The notes under the pieces: generated by a model | The model's input: the letters and a program-made list of their open reading frames with translations, nothing else | Database searches by the model: none | Told to the model about the DNA's origin: nothing | Assembly (NCBI GenBank): GCA_023213395.1 | Contig: CM041465.1 | Location: 205,413,741-205,477,740, forward strand | Reading direction: 5' to 3' | From: Cycas panzhihuaensis | Lineage: Eukaryota > Plantae > Cycadophyta | DNA: 64,000 bases | Part shown: in pieces, positions 41,444 through 55,610 of the stretch | Numbering within the stretch: the stretch's first letter is position 1 | Layout of the letters: every line of letters begins with the position of its first letter | Position numbers and translations under genes: made by a program

Positions 41444-44400
41444 TATAATATGCCCCCTTTCTTAAGATGTTGAGTCCTCAAAGTTGAGCTAGGTTTGGAG
41501 CTAATAAATAAACTTTATTATTAACTTCCTTTTTTGTGACTTTGTTTTGGATCCAACTCTTTTACCAAAGGACTAAAAGATATTATACTTAAATTGGATA
41601 TTATCTAGGGAACCACTAATAGCTTATTCTTTTTAGAGGATTGAGACAAGATTTTAGGAAGTGGTTAGTGGTATTTCATAAAAACTAAAAATAAGGAGGA
41701 TATTATGAAGTGAGTTGTTCAATAATATAGAAAGGTAGACTTCAATATTATTAATACATGTTATGAGACTAAGGCTAGTCTTATGGTGTTTTTGAATAGG
41801 AAGTAATGGTATACTATAGAGCTTATGATTTATTTCAAGCTAGTCTTTAAAAAGGATAAATAGATTTGTAGGGGAATTATTAGTACTATAGGTGCTTAGA
41901 GTTTATAGCCATTGGACTCCTAATATGGCATCTAATATACCAATAAAAATAACATAAAAATCAAAGATTAAATAATATGTTCCTATTTGAATATGGAGGC
42001 CTTTAGCAATTGATATATAATAGAGAACTTGGTAGCCTGAAAGAGAGTAAGTGAAGTTTATTTTTAGTACTATGTATAAATTGAGCTACTAAGCATAGGA
42101 GATACCTATAAAATTTAATGAAACACCATTATAAATAAGAATGGCCATGGAGGTTTTATGTAATATACTTTTAACTTAGAGGGATAAGGGGTAGAAGATA
42201 GAAGAAAGATTAGCCAAGGATACCATAGATTTGGGAAGAGGATGGGATTCATAAGGAGAGTTTTCACTTAATTCCTACTCTGATTCTGATTTCCTATTTA
42301 TAAATAGGTCCACATCAATGGTGAAAACTATGCATCAAGATTTATAGACTTTAATGTGATCATGGGTCCATTATTTTGCATATTTTTTACATAAATTGGC
42401 CTCTTATCATTTGTTTTCTTCTGCTTGAGAGACATGTAATGGGTCTGTTAGCCTTTTAGGAGATACATTATCTAAGGGATTCATTTATTAATATTGCCAA
42501 ATTGGTAATTGAGGATGTTAATGGGGCTTAGAATGATTTGATTGTTGGTATTGCTAGATTGTTGGCCAATGTTCCTATCATGAAGAAATTGAGTACTCTA
42601 TTACAAATTTTACTTCTATAGCCTTTACCATGGATATCACTTATTTTAAATTTGGTGGAAACATCGTTTTTAGGTCTATTTGAATGTGATACTTAGTCAT
42701 GTTATATACGTTTCAACATGCATATGATGATCAAGGGACTAACTCACTCAATTTTATAGATTATAGAATTCATCTATGTAGGATTCTATAGATGATAGAC
42801 ACTTTAATAAAGTAATCTAGCTAAAGAAACTTAGGTTCCATATGTCCTCATTCTACTTGAAGAAGTTGTTGTAGAACTAAGTTTATGTATGATCAGTTAG
42901 GTACTCTCACTACCACCACTAAAACTAGTGATGTGCTTTTCCATCTAAATGGATTAAGACAAAAGTTAATTGGTTATCTAGATACATGGGATTAAGGGCA
43001 AAGTAAGACTGCAATTTATTGATCTAACTCCTTACACTATCCTTATTTAGATCCAGATCAAACATTGGGATATTGATCTTATGATAAAAAGGTTATTATT
43101 ATAGACCCTAGTTGGGAGGGGTTATTTGATGTTGATTTAATATTCCTATTGAATTTGAGGTAGAGATCAAGTTCGACAATTAAGTAATTAGATTTACAAT
43201 GTCATTTGTCAACTTTATGAGGTCTTTCTAAGTAGCCATATTACTTGATATTTAGGTGATTTCATTCTACATGGTGGTGAAATCACTTTACATGGTAGTT
43301 AATTAGGTCTTTAGAGCTAAAATTCAGTCTACTTATGTTGGTATCATTATTTGGATAAATGAACTACTAAGGAGAAAGGGATTCTATGAAAAGGAATTAG
43401 AAATATAGAATGGGATAAATGATTTGGGAAGAGATAGAAAGAAGGGGACTAAAGAAATAAGAAATGAGTTAAGGGAAAGAGAAAAAGGGGGAAGGGATGA
43501 GGTTCTTAAAGCCTATTGACCCTAAAAAATATATATATAATAAATTTGCCTAGTGCACTAAGATAGGTGTGAAAAGCTCATCAAAATGAAGTAGGTTTGT
43601 TTTAAGTAAAAATTTTAGACTATGGGGCCTAGAGGGTGCTTATATGTTATTATACCCTAAGAATATTTGTTAAAACTACTCTTGTAAAATATGATCAATA
43701 TGATGCACTAATCAAAATAAGATGTATGATGACTAGGGGTAATTTTGAGCTATGGATATTCTTATTTTATTTTATTTACACTAAGTCTACTAATGCAAGT
43801 TTTATTTGAAGCAAATGAGTATTTACAAAAGTGACCCTATGAACCATGTGATGACTCTTATGTTCCTTTTTTTTTTGGAATTATTATACTCTAAAACTAA
43901 GGGTTTAGATAGGAAGAAAGAAAGACTATGACTTCACTATTATTGCAGTTACTATTAGCTATCTTTATTATAGTTATGTGCCTTTAATTATGTTAAATAT
44001 AAAATTGTGCTTTATTTTTTCTTATAATATCTTTTGGTAGTTCTAGACAATATGGAAGCAATAAAATTTTTATTAGACTTTTGATATAAATGTGCCTAGT
44101 CTGTAGGCCCTTCGATAAACTTATTACTTATTACTACCACTTGACCCAAAATCTAATGGTGCTTACTACAAAAAATTGCCCATACTTATAGTCATAATAG
44201 TCATACTAAAGTATTTGTCAAGGGTAGCTTCATAGCACTAATCACTAACCACTAAATTATAAATTTTTATCAATCAATAGTTTACTTAATCTATGTATAG
44301 AAGGAAATGTTAAATGGGTCCTCCTATATACCTAAAGATACAAGGAGTCTCACTTTCATAGCTAAGTGTTATCTAAGGCCTACATATACAATGTAATCTG

Positions 44401-47400
44401 TTTTGCTTCACATAGTGATGTATAGCCAAGTACACTTGGCCAAGAATGATAGCCCTTTATGATATTTATAGACCCCCAACATAGGTTCTTTTCCTAACCA
44501 CTGAGGGAAAATGGGTGAGAGGGATTACTACCTAATTATTATGTATTATAAAATATTGCTTGCAAAACTATAATAACAAAAAATAGAATAAAATATAGGA
44601 GAGGATTATGAAGTTTTTTACCATGGGGGAAAAAAAAGAAATATCCATAATTTTCTAGCTCCTTTCTCATAATTATGCATTCTTGATCCCCCAAACTTGA
44701 TCACTAATCTAGCTTTGATACCACTTACGATAAACTAGTCCTAATGATCACCACAGAAAGAAAATCAAAGCAGTACTATAATATACTATATAGAAGGTAA
44801 CATATATTTGATAACCCTACTCTACTCTTACAAGGCCTTTTATAAATAAGAGTGGCCACTCTATAAGAGTACCATTAGTAGGAGTAAACAACCCGCACAC
44901 ATGTTAAGGGTTAATACTAACTATTATATCAAGTTATTACATGTTCTAATTGATAAGTCCTATGTGATTAGGTTGGCTATGTAACATCTATAGACTCTCA
45001 ACACTATTCTCTAGTAACATTTGCCTCTAAATTGATGTTGAAATTGATAATTGTTTTAAAGTATCCCTATAGAAGTAATCCTATATACCTAGGGTTTCCA
45101 CAACATTTCATCATATGCCACCTATAATAAAAGTATTTTGTAGTCCATGGAATGATCGACATCATAACTGGAGTAACTAGCAAGTTTGTAATTTTGTTGG
45201 GCACCATTGTATTAAGAAATCATGGGTCTTAGCTTGGAATATTGCATAATGGTAACTTGGTATTGAAGTTAGGCATTTCTCATGTTCTTTGATGAAGTTC
45301 ACAAATATTTGCAAGTTTAAATTTACACTATAAACTAATTAAAATCCTAAACAATTTAAATGAATGCAATAGAAACCTGTATGTAGTCAAGAAAATTTGA
45401 TTCAATACTGATGGAAGTTATATATATTAAATGAAAATCTAAATAGTGAAATATATAATTGAAAGATTTAGCATATTTTATATTGTAAAGTTTTTATTAA
45501 ATTAAGTTAAGTTGAATTTTTATTTCAAATCCATTTTATCTCCCTTTGTCTTAATGGGTCGTTATAATGTGACTAAGTTCATTTTGGAAAAGGGATTAGG
45601 GTTTAATTTACAATGTCATCTTGAAATGTTAACACATACTTATACATTTTGCCTATAATTTCTTCATATAAACTTAGAATTTAATTCCATCTAACCTAAC
45701 CAAATCTACATTTTATAACCTTTAGTTTGATATTATATAACCTATTCTAAAGCTATTTTATAATAAATAGTAAAGTTTGAAGTTAGGTCTTATAGTTTTA
45801 TGATGCCTTATATTATATCCTCTTGCATTGTTTGATATTGTTCAAACTTTAGCTAAAAAGCCATCGCTTTTAAGGTTATAATATTTCCTTTATTTATTAA
45901 ACTATTAAAAAAAACCATCATGGTATGGCCTTAGACCTGAGTGAAGACCAAAATTCTTGATTTTAGTCATCATGGTTCATTTACTTTTGACAAATGGAAT
46001 GTAACCCTACTCACATACTTTCAGGAGACCAAACTAAAGATTGAGTATAAGAAAATTTATTAAGGTTCTTTACATTCAGAAGATGGGTTTATGCGGTGGG
46101 CATACTCTTGGCACTCTAAACATAACATGGCCTATTAGGATGACTTCATTTTGGCTCTTCAAGAACATATTGATGAGATACTACTTAGAGAGAATCGAGT
46201 AGAGACTAAACAAGAAGAGGAGCAATTTATTGATCATGTTTATAGTTTAGAAGCTCCCTCAAAAGAGAATATAAAGGTGACTCCTACACCCATTTTTGTT
46301 GTAGATGTTAGAGTTGATTATGTAAAGAGTAGTAATGGATGTGACTAAGAGGACTTAAGTAGACACATCAATGCCTAACTTGATCTTATTAAGTAATGGA
46401 TAATATAAACCAATAATAATATTCACAAGCTCATGGCCAAATAGGGATGACTTGAAACCTCCATTGTGTTATTAGTATTAGATGAAGGTTCTCTTTTGGG
46501 TGAATGTGAGAGTCCTACATTTATAGAAAGCAATAAGACTCCTCTTACGGTTGCATATGTAGAGTGGAGGAGAAGGGCATTATATTATGTATGGATGTTA
46601 AGCATAAGGAAATATTTCTTGATGATACCTTTCTTCCCCATAATTTTTTCTTATCAAAGAGAACATATGGACTTCAAAGAAAAGTAGGAGATTAAACTTT
46701 CAAGTAGGAAATTTATTAACATGTATTTGGGGCCTACATTCATATTTTTAAATTTATATATTACCATTTTACTATACTTTAGGATCATAAGTTTTTGACA
46801 TGCATTCTAATTCATATAAAAATACGTATGAATATCATCACTCTCCTTTAATGAAGGGTATAGTAGCAATTTCCACATATTAATATAAATGTAATATATA
46901 TACTTTTGACATCCCAGCAACAATAGAAGGTAGTCACATCAAAGTTTTATGGTTGAGGAAAACCATTTCCTAAAGAGGAAGGGAATGTTATATTCCCCAC
47001 AACCTAGGGATGGTATAACCTAGTAGGTTAATGTTATAGGTTATAATAATAGAGTTAGTAGTTGGCAATAGCATCTTATACAGTTACACTATGTTTGAGA
47101 GTGCATAAGAGTTAATAAAGTGTATTGGCATAAGTAGTATATGCATTGGAAGTAATGATGTGGCAATTAGTGTAAGTGAGTAGTTAGTGTGAGGATTAAG
47201 GGCAATGAGTTTATGAAGTAATGTGCATATTTTATATACAATTTCACCCTTCTATGCATTGTAAAGGTTAATTATCATTTTATTTAATCAAATCTATTAT
47301 TCTTTAATGAAGATCGATATAGCAATATTCATTTACTTACTTGATTTTCTTAGGGTTTATTATCAAATTTCTTATGTATTTTAGGTAATAGATGTAAGGT

Positions 47401-50400
47401 CTATTACAAAATATCACTTAAAGTATTCATACATTATGGGTAAATTAGGAAAGTTAGTTTACTTCAACTAGAAAATATGGATCAAATAAAATTCAAAGCC
47501 TATTAATAAAACCTTGCCTCTAAAGGGTGCATATCATAGAAACCTATGACCTAGAAAATTTAGAGGATATAATAAAGCACACAAACTTGAATATTTACAT
47601 AATAGACAATGTAAATTTCCATCAAAGTAGATAGACCCTTTTGTTATAATTAAATATCTTGGCAATGGGGCCTATTAGTTAGCCACCATGGAAGGCTCAA
47701 AGTTTAAGAATTTAGGAAATTCTCAATATCTCTATAAATATTATGCATAATCTCTCAGGTGAATAGGCTCCATAATGAGCATAACCTATAGCAAACTCTA
47801 AGATGATTATAAACTAGACTTTCTTCATAATAAAGGTAAACTATGGATTCTCTATAATTAAGATAAATTATAAATCTTTCATAATGTAGGTAAACTATGA
47901 CTCTCCTCAACTAAATCACTCAAGGGCATACCTCTGTAACAAGCATAAACTAATTAGGATTTTAAACTTTAGAAGAGAACATGGAGTGAAAGTAAGTGGC
48001 AAATAATTTAGCTTAAGGGAAATAAAATCCCTTAGAAGGATAAACATATGTGAGAATCTTGGGCCATGGGACATTATTAACAAGATTGTAGGTTTGTTAT
48101 TAATAATATATTAAAAGGAATCCCATATGATCTATAAACTAGTCATATATTAAGTGACTTATTATCACTCATTTAATGTTAGACAAATCTCCTTAGAAAG
48201 TGGCACACAAATATTAGCTACCTAGGCCTACCTAATATTGATAAATACTCATATAATACTTTTTGTGCATGCTCTATGAATCTCAATTAATCCTTGCAAA
48301 GATGGTCAATAAGTCCAAGAACTATTTATATAATTTTAATATTACTTTATTTGTTCAATAATCCTTGTAATCAAGTAAATCGAGTAACCCTAAATATGAA
48401 TAAATATTTACAACCAATCTTTCTAGGTAATTTTCTTTATCTTTAAATGACTTGCCTCTATTTTCCATTACAATATGATTTCCCTCAAAAGTAGTCCATG
48501 ACAAGTATAAACTAACTACACTCTGTGACAAGTATAAACTAATAATTGCCCTTCTATTGCCATAAAAAAAAACTTTTTCTTAAGTTCCTACTTTTGGGTT
48601 GAGCTCTTCTTTTCTCTAAATTATACATAAACATTTAACAAGTGTGTTTATGTAGATTCCAAAGTTACTAAGCTTAAATTTGGTGTCAAGTTCCATAATA
48701 CATATAATTGGCTTGTGGATCAAGGCCTCATTTCTAAGGACCTAATTAATATTATCTCAAAACTACTACTCTTTATAAGCTAACAATCCTTATTTTAAGC
48801 CAAGATCTCAAAACAATTAACCATCCTTATCAATTCCCTATGGTATGAAAATTAATCCTCAAAATAACAAATAATATTGACCTTTAATTCCCTTATATAT
48901 TTCTTTCATGAAATAATCCTACACTTGCCTCACAAATAAACTAGACTCCATTGAAAACTCTTAGCTATATACACAAGGATCCTAATTTACTTGATAATAA
49001 CCCATCTCCCTTTCTATAAACACTTGCATTACTATCTTGCACTAAGAAGGTCATGATCAAAAGATGGCCAAATTGAGCATCTATTACCCTAGGTTCAATT
49101 AGGAGAAAAAAGACTCCACCCACATTGTTTAAAAAACCAAAAAAAAAAAAACAAATCAACTAAGAAGAGCATCTATAAGATAAATTATAAACTTCACACT
49201 TAACTATTACATAAAAATCCATCTTAGGACTTAGGGTAGGTCACATGTCAATATCATCCCCACCTACTAATGTATAGTTTAGGTCTAGATCAAATGCATT
49301 ATATAAAGACTTCAAATATTGCTTATAGTCCATAAAGGCTCTTATTAGATCAAATTTCACTTAACCATTAATAAATAAAATCAAGAGGATTAATAAATTA
49401 ATAAATAATTATGCTATCTTGGCACCTAAAATAGGTTATGTATTAATCTCATCCCCACCTACCAATATGTAGTTTGATAATAGATTGGATATATTACTCA
49501 ATGACTTTAGGTTCAATGTAGGTATGTTCATCATGAATTTCATTTAAATCAAGTCATGTTCTAATATGTTTACATTAAGTTTAGGTAGTTACCTGTGAAT
49601 GCCCTTCTCAAACTAGGGACAAGTTTTCTACAATCCATCTTCTTTCCAATTATTTCTCAAACTTCCTTCACTCATCTAATAGTCTCTCAACATAATCTTT
49701 TAAAGCATGTTATATTTCCCTATTATATGTATCATTTATTTGGAAGGAAGAAGTCAAGGAAACCCAAGGCTTTCTATAGCATTTTAGATTATAGAAATCC
49801 CTATAGGTCATGTTTTAAAAAGTGTAAGATTATCCCTCCCTACTATAACCAATAACCTAGTTGAGTATACTATAGTTATAGATCATTACACGATGTAATC
49901 CATGCCTAGATCATAGATATAGATTTTTGTACTAGTTCTCTCTTAGTGGATCAATAACTAATTAGGGCTTGTCAAGCTTGAAAGCCCAAGGTTTATGTAC
50001 TTATAAACTTAGTTAGATCCTTACTTGTACACTTTTCACATGTTCAAATCCATCACTTCCCAAGATCTTAGAATATAACAATGATTTTTTTAGTCAACTA
50101 GATTATTGAATAGTGTCTTTAGAAGAGGCATTCTGATAACATTTAATATCTCACATCACTTGTTTAAAGAATTTTTGTCATCGAAGGGGAAAATAATCAT
50201 TAGTTCACGACACCCTATAATAATTAGGGATATCAACATTGTTCTTACTAAGGATGGCAATGTGTAAAATATAACTAGATTTCAACTCCTTTATTTGGTA
50301 TTAAAAAGACTTGATTCCATCATAAGACTACCTAAAAAATGATTGTTTCCTTAACTATTAAGTTTAAAATTTTAGGTTATTATAGTATAATTATTATTTA

Positions 50401-50409
50401 ATAAATTCA

Positions 50410-52999
50410 TAAAGATCAATCTTTCGAAGGTCTACGATAGAGTCTCTTGGGACTGCCTATTGGAGAGCATGGAGGCTTTCAGATTCGAAGAGAAATGGAG
50501 AGATTAGATAAAGCTTTGTATCTCCAACCCTCAATACTCTATTTTCATTAATGGAACATCCTTTAGATTCCTCTCAGGATTTAGGGGGTTGAGATAGAGG
50601 GACCCTATATCCCCTTACCTATTTATAATCCTAACTGAATTGTTGGGTAGGGCTATGGAGAAAGCCAGAAGTCAGGGCCTGGTTATAGGACTTAGACCTA
50701 CCTTTAGTACAGATAACAGTGTGCACCACCGATTTATAGATGATAACATATTTTTGGGGAAAGAAGCCATAAGGGAGACCCTCAGGTTTAAAGAGGGATT
50801 GAGAAGATTTGAGATGGCCACAAACCAGAAGGTAAACTTGAATAAAAGTAGTGTCTACTTTTTAAATACCTTGGTGACTACCCAAAGAAGGATAAGTAGA
50901 ATACTATAGATGGAGATTTAAAAGTTGCCCACTATTTATCTAGGGACGCCTTTATTTGTTAGGAAGATGACGAGGGATATGTGGGACCCTATTATCAATC
51001 GAATGTAGAGGAAGTTAACCAGTTGGAAAGGGGCTCTTCTGAGGTAAGCTGGAAAGCTTCAATTGGTGGCTACCTCCTTACAAAGTATCCCTGTCTATTA
51101 GATGTTAGTATTCAGATTACTGGCTAGGGTCTTGGTAGTGTTAGAATCAATTCAAAAAAGATTTATGTGGTCAAGGATTGAGGAGAAGGATAGAATCCAC
51201 TTGGTAAACTGGAACAAAGTTTGTGTCCCGAAATGGGCTAGGGACCTAAATCTAAGAAGAATACCATTATTTAACGTGGCATTAGTGGAAAAGCTAGGAT
51301 GGCACTTAACCAAAGGTGGGGAAGACCTTTGGGGTAAGATCTTATCCCAAAAGTATCTTTAGGGTTCTTTGTTATTAAATAAGAATATAATCCCTTCTTT
51401 TAGGTTAGTGGTATGGAGGAGTATTCTAAAATCCAGGAGTTTATTGATGGTTGGGGTGAGATGGAAATTAGGTAATGGGAATACTATAAATTTCTAGGAG
51501 GATATCTGGTGTGGAGAAAAGATCCTAAAAAGTAGGCTTGATCTAGCTGCCTTTCAGGCACCTTGTGAGAGGAGCTTCAGGATCTGTGTCAAGGATTACT
51601 AGACTGGGGAAGGGAGAGAGAGAAGGTGGAAGAGCTTCAAGACTCTCTTGGGGGATATTGGTACCTGAAAGAGTGTGGAAATTCTCTATAGGGAACTAAA
51701 CAAATTTTACATTCCAAAAACAAAAGTAGCTGACTCAGTGGTTTGGCCCTCTACCCAATCAAGGGAGCACTCAGTGAAGCAAGGATACCATTTTCTATGT
51801 GAAGAAAGAGGGGATCAGAGGAACAAGCTATTGGAAGGGGTATGTAAATTAGATCTTATCCCAAAAATAGCTATTTTTTGGTGGATTTTCTTGAAAAATA
51901 AGGTGTTAATAGTGGATAATTTGATGAAAAGAGGCTTTCAGATGATAAATAGGTGTGTCCTATGCTGTAAGGAAGAGGAATATGTGGACCACATCCTTCT
52001 CCATTGTTCCTTCTCAAGGGAGGTTTAGAGGTTGTTGTTTGATCTTTTTTAAGTCCAGTGGGTTCTATCGAAGAATACTATAGACCAGTGGATCTCTTGG
52101 TAGTGCCCCTACAGAAGTAGAGTTCTTGCTAGCACCTAGAGAATCACCTTTCTTATGGTGGCTTAGAATCTATGGAAATAAAGAAATAGAAGGCTCTTCT
52201 AGGATAAATAGATAGATGTAAATAAAATATTCAATATTATTTACACTGGAATTAGAGAGAATGTAAAACTCATCGATGAGAAGTGTGTTTCAGTGACTAA
52301 ATAGAAGATCTTGAATAAGAGAAGGTTATGCTCCTAGATACCATCGGATGACCACTGGGTAGAAATAAATTTTGATAGGGCATCGAAAGGAAACCCTGGG
52401 GAGTAGGGGGGAGGAATCTATAGAGACGCCAAAAGGGAAGGTTATCTAGGCCTTTGCAGAATATTATGAGAAGTAAACAAATCACAGGGCTAAGATGGCA
52501 ACTATGCTTAAATATCTCGAGTTGGCCCTTGAGGGAGGACTTAACAGGGTGGTGATTGAGGGTGATTCACTTAATGTAATAAGATTTCTAAATGGCTCAA
52601 CTACCCCATATTGGAGAACATAAGCTATGGTTAAGGATGCCCATGAAGCTTTGAAAGGGCTAGAGAATGTCCAGCTTCGCCATACTTACAGGGAAGGTAA
52701 TAAAGTAGCAGATAATCTAGCTAATTGTGGAGTGAGGAATAGGAGTTCAAATGTATGGAGGGAGGTTATCCCTGGGGAACTTATGAGACTGGTAGAGGAG
52801 GAAAAGGTTCATAAGAGCTAGCCATGGGGCTTGACCTAGCATGATCTAGTTGATATTGGTGTATGCTTTATACTTTGTTAGGCCACAAGCCTATCAAGGC
52901 CTTGGAGTGATTAGACTAATATATTCTTGGATGTACTAGGTTGTGGGATCCTGTTTTAAAACCCACGATTTATTTATTTTACCTTACCAAAAAAAAAAA
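50410..52999 (+). mobile_element. 5'-truncated L1-clade LINE with poly(A) tail and 12-bp TSD
   Basis: Starts inside RT (KINLSKVYDRVSW). Poly(A) at 52989-52999. TTAATAAATTCA at 50398-50409 and 53001-53012. Confidence 0.93.
50412..52821 (+). pseudogene. LINE ORF2 C-terminal part (RT, zf-RVT zinc finger, RNase H-like domain)
   Basis: GLR*RDPISPYLF, HHRFIDDNI, CVLCCKEEEYVDHILLHC, VIEGDSLNVI and HTYREGNKVADNLAN, with multiple TAG stops. Confidence 0.92.
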
Positions 53000-55517
53000 G
53001 TTAATAAATTCAAAATTTTAAACTGTTCAGTTTTTGCTCTCTAATGTAATTAACTAATGTGGTATGATTTTTGATATGGATTATTGAAATAATTTATACC
53101 ACCCACTACCCTTTTTACTAATGATGTTAAACAAAAGGTACATAATAATTGAGAAAAGAATCTAGTTTATGGTGATGTATAACTCAAATTCCTTTTGAAC
53201 CTGACATGTGGACCTTCTTACAATACTCCTATAGGGTTAAGACCATCTTTGAGTAAGGTAATTCCTTTTTTCCCCTTTATTTCATTTCTATCTAAAGATT
53301 TTTACCACAAATTGTGATGTTTTATATTCTATCATGATATTTTTAGTAAAAAAACATAACATTGACTTTATTGATATTGCAATAATTTGGCTGTCATTTT
53401 TATCACAATTTTATATTATAGTATTCTTTAGAAATCATGATCTTTGTTGCCAATTCATTGCACAATTAAAATCTTGGTCTTCCATTCCTTGACTTTATTA
53501 TGATTTTAGCACCATAGTTTCTTTCTTAAGTTATGATTTTATTAAACATTGCAATCTTAGCTAGTTGAAAACACAGTCTTTAGTTGGTTACCTTTATTGT
53601 GACATGCATTGTGATTTCCTTCTCAATCCATAATACTCCCTTTAACACCATATTTTTTCTTACTAAAAACTATAAAATTAGTTCCATTAACCGTTTTAAT
53701 AAAAGCAAATACATTTTCCATGACTTAGCATTGTAGTCTTCTTCTAAAAACTATATATTTTAATAAATTTAATACAATTTCTTATGAAAACTATGGTTTT
53801 CTACAATACTCATTATAATGTTGGATCCCCAAGGAAAAATTAGATTTTTCTCCTTGATTATTAAGACTTTTTCCCCTCCTAAGCAGCTTTTAGGCCCATT
53901 TATTGTGAGTAGAAATCATAATCTTCCCAAAACCAAGTGGGATTGAGTGAAAATATCTAAAATATATTACCTATAAATAGATTCTTTTTTATAAAGAAGG
54001 GATTAGCTCTTTATGAATTTTTAGAGTGAATATACCTCCTTTATTTCTATGTCATTTCTCCATTGACTAAGAGCCTAGTGATTTAAGAGAGATTTTACCA
54101 ATTTAGGGGTTGTTTCATTTGATTTACATCTTGTTTCTACCTAATATTAGACATGTTGTTGTACCTTCTCCCCTTCCACACAAGGAGAAGAAGGTCTTCT
54201 TTTATCATTTATTCCCTTGAAATATCACTCATAACTTTGACTAAGGAATGCTTGTATTTGACTTTATATCATAACATGCACCTTCCTAACTAAGGCATCT
54301 ACACTAACATAAAGTTATTATCTTGATTTAACTTGCTTATTTCTCTTTATCACATTTTCTTTCTTTTGCTATTATGCTTATGCTAGTTAATTTGCTAAGT
54401 TTATATTTAGAATTGTTATTTCTTTTTATGATTAGATAACCTTCTTTTTGACACATGTGTCAACTCTTACACTCTTATTTCCATTAAAAATATGTTGGAT
54501 GTAGGCATTACTATGCCTAAATTTTCATACTATTATGATATTCAAGTTTGCTAATTAGTCTTTGATTTAATATCTTTTCATAAATAAACTTTCTTTTACC
54601 AAGGAATAGAGTTCCTTTAATATGGTCATTATTTTTACCTTGCCAACCTTTTCTTTTATGAGAAAGGATCACACGAGTCTAAGAAAAATAGATCAATAGG
54701 AGAAGATAAAAGGGAAGTAAATCAAAAAAAGAGATATTCTTGACCCCACATTTTCTATTTGTATTTTCTTTAGTGTATATTTGCTTAAGTTTTTTTTTTT
54801 CTTATACCACTCCTTCTCCTATGGTATCAAAAGTAAAGGTAGTCTCTAATTTGGAAGAATATGACTCATTCAAGTCCTCTTCTAATATCTCCATAAAGCA
54901 TTCCATTGCTTTCTTATTTGGAGAGGACCTCCAATCCTATTCTTATTTTTTATAATTTTGACTTACCTATATACATGTTTATGATCTTTGTTTATAAAGG
55001 AAAAAGAGAACTTTGATTTCATAATAAAAGAAAGACCCATAGTAAATGTATGAGGTTTCAACTTTTCTGATAAGAAAAAACATATAGGAAAGAACTATAT
55101 TTTTGTTATGCATTATATTTCTTTCTTATATTAAATAGGTACTTAGAAACTATACACTCATTTATTTTCTCATATTATAACTTCACTTATTCAATCCACT
55201 TGTTGTGTTGAGGACAAATGGGAAATTTTTATTTGAGGAATTGAGTGGAGGCATAGTTACCCTAGATACCTATATACAAATCACCCTCTTCTATGAGGTT
55301 TGATATGTTGTAGAGATAACCATATATCTCCTACCCTTAAAGTTGGAAGGAGTCTTATTTTAAGATTCAAGTTAGTGATAGGAGTAACCCTCACATTGGA
55401 TAACACTTTTATATCTCTCTATAAATAGATAAGCCATAAATTATACTCTCTAAACTATGATATGATATGATATTTTATGACATGAGATGGTCATAAAATG
55501 AAGAATGATTATAATTT

Positions 55518-55544
55518 TATATATAGACAGATAGATAGATATAG

Positions 55545-55577
<33 letters not shown>
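55518..55577. repeat. Compound (GATA)n/(GTAT)n microsatellite
   Basis: Read directly. Confidence 0.9.
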
Positions 55578-55610
55578 CCAAATGTTATCCAAAATAGTAT
55601 AATTATCTAT

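Larger units (their letters stand above)
34665..44986 (-). mobile_element. Internally deleted chromovirus-type gypsy element (D), TSD TCTGT/TCTAT
   Basis: 5' LTR at 44726-44986 and PBS (plus strand gctttgatacca) at 44712-44723. 3' LTR at 34665-34996 plus the terminal bases 41449-41450. PPT complement gccccctttctt at ~41452. Leader 43400-44700 is homologous to the leader of E (39900-41030). Confidence 0.85.
33777..47408 (+). mobile_element. Non-autonomous LTR element (C) with TSD AAATA, hosting D and E
   Basis: LTRs 33777-34219 and 46986-47408 are colinear. AAATA at 33772-33776 and 47409-47413. Eroded PBS tgatattagagt at 34222-34233. PPT aagaggaagggaa at 46973-46985. Its own internal sequence is only ~2.4 kb. 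Confidence 0.92.
31885..47750 (+). mobile_element. Tat/Athila-type Ty3/gypsy pol remnant (RT-RH-INT), split by a 13.6-kb nested block
   Basis: GTFTHKVIPYGLKN at ~31912, LQEFDLEV at ~32716, CHDGICKGHF at ~33073, YYPQVNREVKAFNR at ~33549. EVEIASFKI|SLK reads across TSD AAATA. GNGAY*LATMEG at ~47661 and a stop at ~47750. Confidence 0.85.

Noticed and set aside
46151-46687. Two short ORFs in element C as a captured gene
   Set aside because: They are short, have non-ATG starts and no motif I recognise; they cannot be supported without a database search.
53013-55600. Possible host exon or regulatory region in the unassigned AT-rich stretch
   Set aside because: No convincing ORF, splice pattern or termini; left unannotated.
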